Shown here one piece after another: positions 38,329 through 47,317 of a DNA stretch of 47,631 bases. A program made the translations under genes and the position numbers. Where the stretch lies: IMG/VR virus record IMGVR_UViG_3300031924_000072, positions 1 to 47,631 of that record, one strand, 5' to 3'. Every line of letters starts with the position of its first letter. The first letter of the stretch is position 1. Source of the stretch: a virus (Duplodnaviria > Caudoviricetes). The notes beneath the pieces were generated by a model. The model was not told where the DNA came from and searched no databases. It was given only the letters and a program-made list of their open reading frames with translations.

Positions 38329-38841
38329 TCAACGCCCCTCGAAGACCGCCAGCAGCTGGTCCAATTCGACGATCTTCAATCTGGCGGCATCGAGCACCGG
38401 CTTCGGAAAATGCTTGGCATAACTCTGCCTTTCCGTCAGGTCGACACCCAACAGCAAACTGATCGCTTTTTTGCAATCCGCACATTGCGCGGCAGGATAT
38501 TTCCCAAGGATCGCCAGCAGCAGCCCTTCGAAGCAAGGAATCGAGCCGATCATGTTGATCTTCGCTTTGCGTGCTTCCTTTTTCAGCTTGTCCGTCCAGG
38601 GGATATCCGTGTCGAGCAGTGCTACGCGTTTGTCAAAGCTTGCGATTCTGGCCAGTCGGGTTGCATGATCGATGACGTTCTCCGGCCCTTTGCCATGCGC
38701 ATTGCGCACAGTGACAGCCACTCCAGCGCCGCCGGAGCAATAAAGTTCACGCAGGTGCTTGAGGAACGCTTCCTCCGAATCCCCCTCGCCAACGATCAAC
38801 AGCGTTTTGCGAACCTGATGTTGTTTTCGAGCCATCACCAT
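38329..38841 (-). CDS. RloB/AbiLii-like TOPRIM protein
   Basis: LIVGEG.SE..FL, LLDTD and S.PCFE.LLL motifs. Confidence 0.8.
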   Translation of the reverse strand: MVMARKQHQVRKTLLIVGEGDSEEAFLKHLRELYCSGGAGVAVTVRNAHGKGPENVIDHATRLARIASFDKRVALLDTDIPWTDKLKKEARKAKINMIGSIPCFEGLLLAILGKYPAAQCADCKKAISLLLGVDLTERQSYAKHFPKPVLDAARLKIVELDQLLAVFEGR

Positions 38842-38844
38842 CTC

Positions 38845-40029
38845 TCACAGTTGGGGAATGGCGCCGTATGCACCGGCCATGTATTTGGCGTAGAGGTTAT
38901 CGTCGGCACGAACACCCTTGACGCTGTCCAGTCGCCAGGCATCGCTCTCGCAGTTGTCATCCTTTTCGACCAGTACCACTTGCGCCTTGTGCAGCAGGCT
39001 CAACACCTCGATTGAGTGGCAGGTAAAAATGATCTGCGCATTGTGCGGGTTGGTTTTCGGAGAAAAGAACAAATCCAGCAGAGGGGTGAGCATGTGCGGG
39101 TGGAGATCTGCTTCAAGCTCATCGATCACGACCAGACCACCGTGCTGCAGCGCCGGCAAGATGCGGGACAGCAATATGAATGCGCCCTGGGTACCACTGG
39201 ATTCATGCAAAAACATCAAAGGATGTTCTTTGTCGCCTACGCGATGAATGCCGAAGGGGATGTGAATCTCTTCGGTTTTGCCACTTTCACGTGTCACCGT
39301 GTGTTTCTCGACACGCACATCCGACAGGCCAAAATCCCACTGATGCAACAGGGTCGCCATCTGGCCGCGAATGGCCGTATTTTTGGCATAGAACTCGGAG
39401 GCACGCATGATCTGATCTTGGTCCATTGCCTGGCGACCGAGACCATGGACGTTACTCAGGACATTGGCCGTCACCAGTTTCAAGGCCAAGCCAACCTCGT
39501 ATTGGGCGGCCGTCGAGATCAGCGATGCGTTTTCGCGAACCTTCTCAGCTTCCTTTTGAAGCATGCCGAACTGCTGCTGTTTGACCGTATAGCCCTTGCG
39601 TTCAGGATTCCATTCGCGGGTAAAGACATACGAGAATGCACGGCTTTGTTTGCTGTAAAGCGACTCGTGATAGACGCGATCCCTTGAGGCAACCAGACGG
39701 TAGCGCCATTCACGGCCGTCCAACTCGAACTCCACCTCAAAGGTGCTGGGCTCGGTCGTTGCCGAAAAGTGGGCTGCCAGGGGAATCGGTTCGTCTGGCT
39801 TGGCATGAAACGAGTGCTTGACGAACCAGTCGACGAAGACCAGCGACTTGATCAAGGTTGTTTTACCGCTTGCGTTGGCGCCTACGACCGCGATGGCTTT
39901 GGAAAGGCGGGTGCCAAGAGCAGACGTGCAGGACCGGCCATCCTCAGGGGTGTGGCGGTTCAGTTCCAGCGATATCTGCACGGGCTCTCTGAACGACTGG
40001 AAGTTTTGCAGGGTGAACGAGCGAAGCAT
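38845..40029 (-). CDS. RloA/AbiLi-like ABC-type ATPase (AAA_21)
   Basis: NFQSF, GANASGKT, ESSGT, VIDELE..LHP, Q.IFTCH and Y..G.YGAIP motifs. Confidence 0.88.
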   Translation of the reverse strand: MLRSFTLQNFQSFREPVQISLELNRHTPEDGRSCTSALGTRLSKAIAVVGANASGKTTLIKSLVFVDWFVKHSFHAKPDEPIPLAAHFSATTEPSTFEVEFELDGREWRYRLVASRDRVYHESLYSKQSRAFSYVFTREWNPERKGYTVKQQQFGMLQKEAEKVRENASLISTAAQYEVGLALKLVTANVLSNVHGLGRQAMDQDQIMRASEFYAKNTAIRGQMATLLHQWDFGLSDVRVEKHTVTRESGKTEEIHIPFGIHRVGDKEHPLMFLHESSGTQGAFILLSRILPALQHGGLVVIDELEADLHPHMLTPLLDLFFSPKTNPHNAQIIFTCHSIEVLSLLHKAQVVLVEKDDNCESDAWRLDSVKGVRADDNLYAKYMAGAYGAIPQL

Positions 40030-40049
40030 GACGTGACTCTTTGGGCGAT

Positions 40050-40130
40050 TTCAACAAGTTTTTGTATGTTACGCCTTTAGACTGGTCAAATCAAGCCATA
40101 AAATACAACATTCAACAAAATATTGTTGAA
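40050..40130 (-). promoter_or_regulatory. Sigma70-like promoter and palindromic operator of the ATPase-RloB-WYL operon
   Basis: -35 TTGATT (40094-40089), 17 bp, -10 TAACAT (40071-40066). Palindrome TTCAACAA-AATA-TTGTTGAA at 40111-40130; extra half-site at 40050-40057. Confidence 0.6.
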
Positions 40131-40151
40131 GTTTGCGTTGCGAGGCTAGTT

Positions 40152-40613
40152 TCATAGACAAAAGCCCAGCAACCGTCGCTGCTCATCCCAGTCCACAGGC
40201 ACGTCCGCCTGGCGGCCCCGGACTGCGTGAAGATTGAGGTGGCGCGGCTGGCGACCATCCAAAACAGCCTGCACGATGTCGGGTGCCAGGCGTGTAAGCC
40301 GCATTACCTCTGCGACCCACCCTGGCTCGAGTTTCAACTGTCGCGCCAGTTCGGTCGCGTTGGAGACCTCGCCACTGTCGAGCAGCTTTTGCCAGTAAAA
40401 AGCCTTGCCGATCGTTCGGATCATGGGCAGGTCAAATGATGAGCGGACCTTGGCATCTTCCTGGCCAGGCGGCGCAATCAGCAGTTTGCGGGTGTGACGA
40501 CGCTTGATGGTCAGGGGGACGAAGGTCACCGCCGAGCCCTGGCTCTGGTATTCACGCGACGGACCCGATACGGATATCTCAATCTTGCAACGTTGCGGGG
40601 TGGATTGGCTCAT
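40152..40613 (-). CDS. Recombinase-associated HTH-like protein
   Basis: KAFYWQ.LL.SG.......LA......V....RL..LAPDIV.A.L.G pattern typical downstream of large serine recombinases; ATGA-coupled. Confidence 0.7.
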   Translation of the reverse strand: MSQSTPQRCKIEISVSGPSREYQSQGSAVTFVPLTIKRRHTRKLLIAPPGQEDAKVRSSFDLPMIRTIGKAFYWQKLLDSGEVSNATELARQLKLEPGWVAEVMRLTRLAPDIVQAVLDGRQPRHLNLHAVRGRQADVPVDWDEQRRLLGFCL

Positions 40614-42058
40614 GCCATCACCTCTTCATCATGGCCGAGGCGCCCCATGGCGGGCGCATCTTTCTGCTCCACCACAAAGGGGTGCTGGGCCAGTTCACGC
40701 CGGAATCGGTGCCATCCGTCTTCACGCCAGACAATGTCGAGGCCATTCGGGTGCAGTTGCACACGCTCGATCAGCAGCCGCATGATGCGGTGCTGCTCCA
40801 CCGGGAACATCTGCGCCCAGATGTCACCGATACGGCGCATGGCCACCACGATCATGGCTTCATCGAGTCCGGGTTGCTCCTGCATTGCCAGCACTTCGCG
40901 CCACACGCCGATGATCATCTCGGGCTCCTGCAACACGCGCAGGACCTGCATCAGCACAGCTGATTCGATTTCAGCGGCCGGCATGGGCCCCATGCTGCGC
41001 TGCCCAGGGATGCGTGATGCACCAGCGGTCTGGCGCTTTTCCAGGTAGGGAACGTAGTAGTGGTACCGCTTGCCGTTTTTCTTCTGCGTGTATGTAGGCA
41101 GCATGCGCTGGCCGTCGGGGGCATAGAGGAATCCCGCCAGCAGCGCCGGCGTCTCGTTGTAGCGGTCACGGGTCGTGCTGCGCTTGCGTTGCGCAACGAT
41201 GGCGTCGACCGCCTCCCATTGCGCCGTCGAGATGATGGGCTGGTGTTGGCCTATGAAAACCTCGCCCTTGTGCGTGATCTCACCCAGGTACAGACGATTG
41301 CGCATCAGCTTGAACAGGTACTGCTGATCAATGATCCGACCGTGGTGGAACTTACCGGTCTGGGTCTCCCAGGACTTGGTGGTGTGGCCTTCAACCTGGA
41401 GTTCGCGCACCAGACGCGCGGCTGATCCATGCTCTGCGTAACGCATGAAGATCTCGCGCACCAGAGCCGCCTCCCTTTCGTTGACGACCAGCTTGCGATC
41501 CTTGACGTCATAGCCCAAGGGAGGCACGCCGCCCATCCACATCCCCTTGGCCTTGCTGGCGGCAATCTTGTCGCGGATGCGCTCGCCGGTGACCTCACGT
41601 TCGAACTGGGCAAAAGACAGCAGGATGTTGAGCGTCAGGCGTCCCATCGACGTCGTGGTGTTGAACTGTTGGGTCACAGACACGAACGAAACTCCGTGCC
41701 GATCAAAGACTTCCACCAGTCGCGCGAAGTCCGGCAAGCTGCGCGTCAGGCGGTCGATTTTGTAGACCACGACGATGTCGATCTTTCCGTCCTCGATATC
41801 GTCCATCAATCGGCGCAGCGCGGGCCGCTCCATATTGCCACCCGAGAAGCCGCCATCGTCATAACCATCGGCCACAGCGATCCAGCCTTCATGGCGCTGG
41901 CTGGCAATGTAGGCAAGCCCCGCATCACGCTGCGCCTCCAGGCTGTTGTATTCCATGTCCAGGCCTTCATCGGTGGACTTTCGGGTGTAGACCGCACAGC
42001 GCCGCTTGGGGGTAGTGGCAGGCGTTTGCGTATTGGAGTGAGGAACAGGTCTTCTCAT
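40610..42058 (-). CDS. Large serine recombinase (integrase)
   Basis: AVYTRKS catalytic motif, D.GFSG....RPAL, YKIDRL.RS, AQFERE...ERIRD, GG.PPLGY and Y.G...H recombinase domain. Confidence 0.95.
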   Translation of the reverse strand: MRRPVPHSNTQTPATTPKRRCAVYTRKSTDEGLDMEYNSLEAQRDAGLAYIASQRHEGWIAVADGYDDGGFSGGNMERPALRRLMDDIEDGKIDIVVVYKIDRLTRSLPDFARLVEVFDRHGVSFVSVTQQFNTTTSMGRLTLNILLSFAQFEREVTGERIRDKIAASKAKGMWMGGVPPLGYDVKDRKLVVNEREAALVREIFMRYAEHGSAARLVRELQVEGHTTKSWETQTGKFHHGRIIDQQYLFKLMRNRLYLGEITHKGEVFIGQHQPIISTAQWEAVDAIVAQRKRSTTRDRYNETPALLAGFLYAPDGQRMLPTYTQKKNGKRYHYYVPYLEKRQTAGASRIPGQRSMGPMPAAEIESAVLMQVLRVLQEPEMIIGVWREVLAMQEQPGLDEAMIVVAMRRIGDIWAQMFPVEQHRIMRLLIERVQLHPNGLDIVWREDGWHRFRRELAQHPFVVEQKDAPAMGRLGHDEEVMA

Positions 42059-42525
42059 GCCAATCCCCCCTGACGCTTGGGCGCGGGTTGGCGCAGTCCG
42101 AAGAATGCCGGCCCAGACCACGCGGTGCCGGTGATGGCCTTGGCCACCCCAGACAAGCTTTTGTAGGCACGGGCCTGGTATTCGAAACGCCCATCGTCCA
42201 GGACTTTGACCTGATGGGCAATGCCGTTGTGTTCGCGGATCAGGGTGGCACCCGGCGCCAGCTGGTTTTCTGCTCTGCGCTTCTGGTTGGGCACCTCGCC
42301 GGTCTCACCGATTTTTTGCAGGCGGCGCTTGAGCGATGAGGACATGGCACCAAACGCCTCTTCCTGAATCTTGTAAGCCAGCCGACTTTCAAGCCAGGTG
42401 CGGTGATGGTGGCCAGGGCGACGATCAAAATACTGATCCCAGAGCGCCCAGATGTTTTCCATCGGCAGGTAGGGCAATTGCGCGAGCCGCGCGGCGACCG
42501 TTTCTTTGCTTGCGTGTGTCGTCAT
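42055..42525 (-). CDS. DUF2924-domain protein
   Basis: RLAY.IQE.AFG, PG..L.RE..G..H.V.V and SLS.VA.AITGT.WSGP.FFGL. Confidence 0.88.
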   Translation of the reverse strand: MTTHASKETVAARLAQLPYLPMENIWALWDQYFDRRPGHHHRTWLESRLAYKIQEEAFGAMSSSLKRRLQKIGETGEVPNQKRRAENQLAPGATLIREHNGIAHQVKVLDDGRFEYQARAYKSLSGVAKAITGTAWSGPAFFGLRQPAPKRQGGLA

Positions 42526-42758
42526 ACGAAAACTCCTTCTTGTTGAGACGGGTTCGTATGAACGCGCTGGTGGCCAGTAAAGCCAAGCGGAATATCGCCA
42601 GCCGTGGCGTCATGCTGACATGAGCTCGCCAGCGCTGCGCCTGTACGTACCCGGAGAATGCCGGCGGCAAGCAACTGCGCGATTTCCTGACAAGGGGATC
42701 GGCCAAGCTCACGGGTATCGCGGCTGGCGGATTTGGAGTGATGTTCGAGATGTGACAT
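42522..42758 (-). CDS. Small hypothetical protein upstream of DUF2924
   Basis: EIA.LLAAG.LR motif; ATGA overlap; its 3' end carries motif copy 5. Confidence 0.45.
   Translation of the reverse strand: MSHLEHHSKSASRDTRELGRSPCQEIAQLLAAGILRVRTGAALASSCQHDATAGDIPLGFTGHQRVHTNPSQQEGVFV
42557..42587 (-). promoter_or_regulatory. Conserved promoter-like motif, copy 5
   Basis: CTTGGCTT-N10-CAGCGCG-TTCATA, ~32 nt before the DUF2924 ATG at 42525. Confidence 0.7.
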
Positions 42759-42852
42759 GGCAGGCTTTCGTGATGAAAAACTGCCACCATTTCACCGGCA
42801 GGTCGCCGGAATTCCGAGCAGGGAATTGCGGACGAATGCGGGTAATCGCCAA

Positions 42853-43180
42853 TCAGAGGCCGGTAGCCACGAAATAGCTCGCCGCAGTGGTCAGCATGCC
42901 AACGCCCAAAAGCGCAAAACCCAAGATCAAAAGGACGAAGCCAAGTTTAATTTCGATGTCGAGCAGATGTTTGGTTACGCCGCCAACGATAGGGTCGCTT
43001 TGCCGTTGATTGGCAGCGATCCTGGCCAACTGATCGATAGACTGTTCGTGGGCCACCAGGCAGTAAACAACCCACTTAAGGATTGCCTTTACCCGCCATG
43101 CCAACAAGATGGAACCAATGCCAGTAGTGAGTGCGCCTGAAAACCTTCAGCAACGTGTGAATATCAGCGGGTAATTGCAT
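42853..43180 (-). pseudogene. Small two-TM membrane protein, apparently frameshifted
   Basis: GGAG RBS + ATG 43180 gives MQLPADIHTLLKV. Removing one base of the T4 run (43140-43143) joins it to SGALTTGIGSILLAWRVK...ATGL* (~108 aa). Confidence 0.5.
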
Positions 43181-43221
43181 ACACAGGTCTCCAAAAAAAC
43201 ACCGTCGGAATTGCCGTGCCG

Positions 43222-44178
43222 TCAGCGCACTGGCGGCTGACCGTTACGCACGAAACGATCGAAGGTGTTTTCAAGGCCATCGTCGTCATCGTCCATCTTG
43301 TCTCGCTCCCAGGGCTTGACCTCGGGCGGTAGGACCAGCAGCGTCATCGTTTGACGGTAGAAATCAGACGCGATGCGCATCTCCCGCGCCACCATGCCCT
43401 CGGGCTCGTGCGTAAACCAGATGCTCGCATCGATCGGCGTGCCCAGCCGATCGACGTTGGTGTCCGTGCCCAAACGTGTGGCACTCCTGGCAGGCAGTGG
43501 CCGTCGGTGACCGTTGGCCAGCCGTTTGTTCAGATGCATGGAGAGCCACTTGCCCGACTCACTGCCGCAAGCCCACTGAACGATCCCGCTCTGCGACATG
43601 ACCAGCACCGCACGCTGTGGTGTGAGCTCCAGCCACTTGAGAATTGCCGACGTCATGGACACGCCATACCGATCCGCACACGCGCCGAGCACATCCAGAT
43701 CGATGGCCGTCCCCTGGATCTGCCGACGATAATCGTCGGCAGGCATCAGCAGGTACGACGCAAAGGTGTTCGCTTCTGACTCAATCTTTCTCTCGTCGCT
43801 GTCCCACTGAGTGGTGTCCACCTCGCTGCAGTTGAAAGACGTCTGCAGATGGCGATGCACCAGGTAATGCCCCAGCTCGTGTGCCAGCGTGAAGCGGATT
43901 CGCCCCGGTGAGCTGATCGCCTGGTTGTAGATGATGGCCCAGTTGCCCTTGCCCGGCGTATCCGCATTCAGGTTGAACAGCGCCCCCTCGAACTCCGGGT
44001 CCATCGCCTCGCCCTGAATGGTGATCGGCTCGCCGGTCTGGAAAGTACCCGGCACTTCCCGAATCAGCGCTTCCACATCGACCGGGAATCGCTCGCCACC
44101 ATGGACGGTGTGAAACTGATCCAAGAGCTTGTTCAGCCGGTTGGCCCAAGGCGCCGGCTTGTTGGGCGGAGCACTCAT
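43222..44178 (-). CDS. IrrE/ImmA-family Zn metallopeptidase, CapP-like
   Basis: R.RFTLAHELGH (HEXXH), E.EAN.FASYLLMP, RYGVS..S HTH and GAF-like C-terminus; ATGA-coupled to the HTH gene. Confidence 0.9.
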   Translation of the reverse strand: MSAPPNKPAPWANRLNKLLDQFHTVHGGERFPVDVEALIREVPGTFQTGEPITIQGEAMDPEFEGALFNLNADTPGKGNWAIIYNQAISSPGRIRFTLAHELGHYLVHRHLQTSFNCSEVDTTQWDSDERKIESEANTFASYLLMPADDYRRQIQGTAIDLDVLGACADRYGVSMTSAILKWLELTPQRAVLVMSQSGIVQWACGSESGKWLSMHLNKRLANGHRRPLPARSATRLGTDTNVDRLGTPIDASIWFTHEPEGMVAREMRIASDFYRQTMTLLVLPPEVKPWERDKMDDDDDGLENTFDRFVRNGQPPVR

Positions 44179-44501
44179 CCTTGGGTTTTCTTGAGGGTCT
44201 TCAGGATCTCAAGGAGCTGATGCTTGGTCTCGGGCTTGAGCGTCTTGTAGTTCCGAAAGAACGCCTTGTCAAAGGCGTCCTCGGGCTGATCGGCCTGTTC
44301 GTTGTGCGCCAGAAACTCAGGCGTGACGTTCAAGACGGCGGCGATGCTGGCCAGTTTTTCCATGGTGGGGTTGGCATCGTCGTTGTTCTCCAACTCCCAC
44401 AGATAGCTCTTGCTCATGCCAGCTGCGGCAGCCAGTGCGTCGAGACTCAACTTCTGCTCACGGCGCAGCCTGCGAATTTTGTCACCCAGTGGGGTTGCCA
44501 C
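44175..44501 (-). CDS. XRE-family HTH repressor, CapH-like
   Basis: LG.KIR.LR....LSL..LA...G.SKSYLWELEN and C-terminal FFRNY..L....K; GGAG RBS + GTG. Confidence 0.9.
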   Translation of the reverse strand: MATPLGDKIRRLRREQKLSLDALAAAAGMSKSYLWELENNDDANPTMEKLASIAAVLNVTPEFLAHNEQADQPEDAFDKAFFRNYKTLKPETKHQLLEILKTLKKTQG

Positions 44502-44599
44502 GGTTTCTCCTGTGTTCTCTCAGCCCCACGCGAACAGGGGACGGGTAGCGCTTTGCACAGACCGAGATATTACGTTATTTCGAACGAATCCGCACCGGC

Positions 44600-44628
44600 T
44601 TGACAACACAATCATCCACCGTTAAATT
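44600..44628 (+). promoter_or_regulatory. Sigma70 promoter of the divergent 411/343-aa operon
   Basis: TTGACA (44600-44605), 17 bp, TAAATT (44623-44628). Confidence 0.7.
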
Positions 44629-44767
44629 CCATCAAACACCCGATATAGCGAACAAATAAATTTTGCTTTGTTGTGCGATACGGTGTTGAGAACAGTGTAA
44701 CCAACCCAGGCCTCTCGCGCACACAAGAAGTCATCGGCACGGCGGCCCAGCAAAAAGGAAAGACAAG

Positions 44768-46003
44768 ATGGCCGCCTTCAACTACCGTCAACTCATCCGC
44801 CAAATCCCTGCACGGACTTGGGAGTTTTACTTTCAGTCTCGCAAGCTGGAACTGCCTGACCTGCTTGCCGGTGACAATCTGATCAGCAGCGTCATCGACA
44901 TCATCGATGCCTTGCCTGCGGCACAGGGTGAAGCCGTCTATGCCGAATTGCGGCGCGTGCACGACTTGGCCAACGGGCGTGGTGTCGATGCCCTTCGTAA
45001 CACCGCACCGCCAGACTCCACGATCCATGAGGATTTCACGAAGTTCTCCAGCGATGCCGAGCGTGCCTTGTGGGTCATGGCCAACTGGCCTGACCTGTTC
45101 GCCACGGCCGAGGCCATCTACGCGGTGAGCCTGCGCATTGGCAAGCGTGGGTGGAAACGCTTGCAGGTGCCGCCCGTCGATGCGCTGTTCCGTGGCCAGG
45201 AAGACATTCGCGCCCTCGAGGTGGCACTGGCCACCGCATTCACGCCGCGCAAGGGGACGCCGCGCGCCTGTCAGATCGACACCCTGGACCGGCATCTGGA
45301 TGGTGGCGTGCAACTGGGCATCCTCATTGAGGACAACGCCCAGCGTCAGCTGGAATTTGGCGACGACAACCGGGCGCACTGGCGTGACGTCCGACCACCC
45401 ATGGCCATGGATGTCGTCATATACCCGGCCAGCGGGGTGATTGATGTGCTGGCGCCCGGTGGTGCCAAGACGCAGCAGACCTTGCTGGAGCACCTCGGCA
45501 AGCATGTATTCAAGCAGGTGCTGCAGCCCCAGGACATCGAGAAGCCGATGTTTTTACTGAACCGTCTGCGGGATGGCTTCGAGCTTTTCGATGACAGCGA
45601 ATGTGACCTGGCGGCACACCGGGTTGAGCGCATCCGTTTGTCACAGGCGAAAGTGCGGGCCATCCATCCCCCGATCTGCGACTACCAGATCAAGCCGCCG
45701 GGGGAGAAAGACGCGCCCGATGTGCTGGCCTGTCTCGCTGCTCAGCAAATCAGTCCCATCCTGATGGGACAAGGCTTCAACATCATCGACGCCGTGGTCT
45801 CGCTGTACTTCGAGCCGCTGCAGCCGGGAAAAGCCAGCCGGGTGCTGCACATCGATCTCAAGCAAAGCGGGATTAGCAATCTGCGGGACATGGAAGAGGC
45901 TGACGCCCGGCTGGTGGAATCGCTGCTGCGCGCACTGGGTGTCATGCAGTCACCCGCGACGGCCAAGCTGGCGGAGGAAGCCGAAGGAGTCATGCATGAA
46001 TGA
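44768..46003 (+). CDS. Uncharacterised 411-aa protein
   Basis: Long ORF with AAGGA RBS; no catalytic motif recognised. Confidence 0.8.
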   Translation: MAAFNYRQLIRQIPARTWEFYFQSRKLELPDLLAGDNLISSVIDIIDALPAAQGEAVYAELRRVHDLANGRGVDALRNTAPPDSTIHEDFTKFSSDAERALWVMANWPDLFATAEAIYAVSLRIGKRGWKRLQVPPVDALFRGQEDIRALEVALATAFTPRKGTPRACQIDTLDRHLDGGVQLGILIEDNAQRQLEFGDDNRAHWRDVRPPMAMDVVIYPASGVIDVLAPGGAKTQQTLLEHLGKHVFKQVLQPQDIEKPMFLLNRLRDGFELFDDSECDLAAHRVERIRLSQAKVRAIHPPICDYQIKPPGEKDAPDVLACLAAQQISPILMGQGFNIIDAVVSLYFEPLQPGKASRVLHIDLKQSGISNLRDMEEADARLVESLLRALGVMQSPATAKLAEEAEGVMHE

Positions 46004-46970
46004 GGCGGTCGCGGTCATGAACGACCAGGGGCTGGCCGAGATCTGCCGCCTGCTCGAGCGTGAAGACATGCTGATCTCCCCCGACGCGGTCTGGCTTTCG
46101 AGCCGGCCCGGGTTCTATGGCCATCTGCTGGCCCTGGATGCCATCGCCGTCAGCCGCGAGCGGGCACTGGACATCCTCTGCCCGGAGTGCGGCACCGAGG
46201 CCATGCGGCCGCAGCCACACGCCGCGCCAGATTCGCAACCCTATCGCGGCTATTGCCCGGAATGCGGTTGGGTTGGACTGGCGAATCAACAGGCGCACTT
46301 TTGGCAGGTGCAACCGCAGAAGCTGGCCAAGTGGTTGTCAGCAGGATTGGGGCTGGCACCGCGCTATGCCGTCGAGCCGATCGTCGACAACGTCTTGTGG
46401 CGGCTGGGTGAGTTCGAGCATCGACGCCGGCGGCACACGGTTTTCTTTGGACGTCGCCTGAGCGCGATGTCCGATCCAGTGGCCGCCAAGCTGGCGCAAT
46501 TGGCGGCGCCCGGCGCTGAGGTGATCATCACGGCGGGAGAGCCTGCGTCCTTGCTCGGTACTGCCTTGGGCGATCGCCTGTTGGTGCCGCTGCGGGCCAT
46601 TGCCCACATCCGCAAATCCGGCCTGGTGATCGAGAACCTTGAGGCATATCTGACCCGCCCAGCACCGGTGCAGGAATCGACGGAGACGTCCCTGCGACTG
46701 ATGCACACCCAGCGCGTGGCGCTGATCAATGGTGAGCCGATAGACCTCTCACCACAGGTCTATCTCTTCCTGAAGATTCTGGAAGACGCCGATGGCGACG
46801 AAGTGCACAAGCGGCACATGGCCGAAGGGCTGGGCCTTGAGCCTGGCACCAGCTTCCGGACGGCAGACATTTTCAAACGCCACAAGCAGGTCTACGCCAC
46901 ATTCGTCGACAAGGACGACAAAGGGCACTACTGGCTCAAGCCTGACTTCGTGATTCTGGAAAGGGGGTGA
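45996..46970 (+). CDS. Uncharacterised protein with Zn ribbon and probable C-terminal winged HTH
   Basis: CPECG-x-CPECG; C-terminal INGEPIDLSPQVYLFLKIL...V....MAE.LG resembling an OmpR-type wHTH; start (MNEAV) after GGAG overlapping the upstream stop. Confidence 0.75.
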   Translation: MNEAVAVMNDQGLAEICRLLEREDMLISPDAVWLSSRPGFYGHLLALDAIAVSRERALDILCPECGTEAMRPQPHAAPDSQPYRGYCPECGWVGLANQQAHFWQVQPQKLAKWLSAGLGLAPRYAVEPIVDNVLWRLGEFEHRRRRHTVFFGRRLSAMSDPVAAKLAQLAAPGAEVIITAGEPASLLGTALGDRLLVPLRAIAHIRKSGLVIENLEAYLTRPAPVQESTETSLRLMHTQRVALINGEPIDLSPQVYLFLKILEDADGDEVHKRHMAEGLGLEPGTSFRTADIFKRHKQVYATFVDKDDKGHYWLKPDFVILERG

Positions 46971-47026
46971 CTCGACAGCCAATACCCTGACTTCCAGCAT
47001 CCACCCAACCTTGAAAGGATTTTGAA

Positions 47027-47251
47027 ATGGCCGGTAAAAACCAACATGTAGTGAAGCGCGACGACGGCTGGGCTGTGCGCGGCGCAGGCAACCAGCGAGA
47101 CACCTCGCATCACCGCACGCAGTCCGAGGCCGAACGGGCCGCTCGTGACATCGCCATCAACCAGCGCAGCGAGGTGTTGATTCATGGCGAGAACGGTCGT
47201 ATCCGTGAGCGCAACAGCTACGGCAACGATCCACACCCGCCCAAGGGCTGA
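47027..47251 (+). CDS. DUF2188-domain protein
   Basis: NQHVV....GWAV..AG......H.TQ.EA..AAR.IA.....E..IH...GRIRE.NSYG.DP.PPKG. Confidence 0.88.
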   Translation: MAGKNQHVVKRDDGWAVRGAGNQRDTSHHRTQSEAERAARDIAINQRSEVLIHGENGRIRERNSYGNDPHPPKG

Positions 47252-47269
47252 CGATCGCTGCCCTGAAAT

Positions 47270-47317
47270 CATCGGGTTCGACCATTGCAGTAAGCGGTCC
47301 ATGCGTCGAACCCGATG
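47270..47317. repeat. 13-bp perfect inverted repeat after DUF2188
   Basis: CATCGGGTTCGAC / GTCGAACCCGATG with a 22-nt loop. Confidence 0.6.

Noticed and set aside
42805-42850. Loose GAATT(C/G)CG-like repeats upstream of the integrase operon
   Set aside because: Too degenerate to support by eye.
47270-47317. tRNA gene suggested by GGTTCGA
   Set aside because: The motif is one arm of a simple hairpin; no cloverleaf can be formed.
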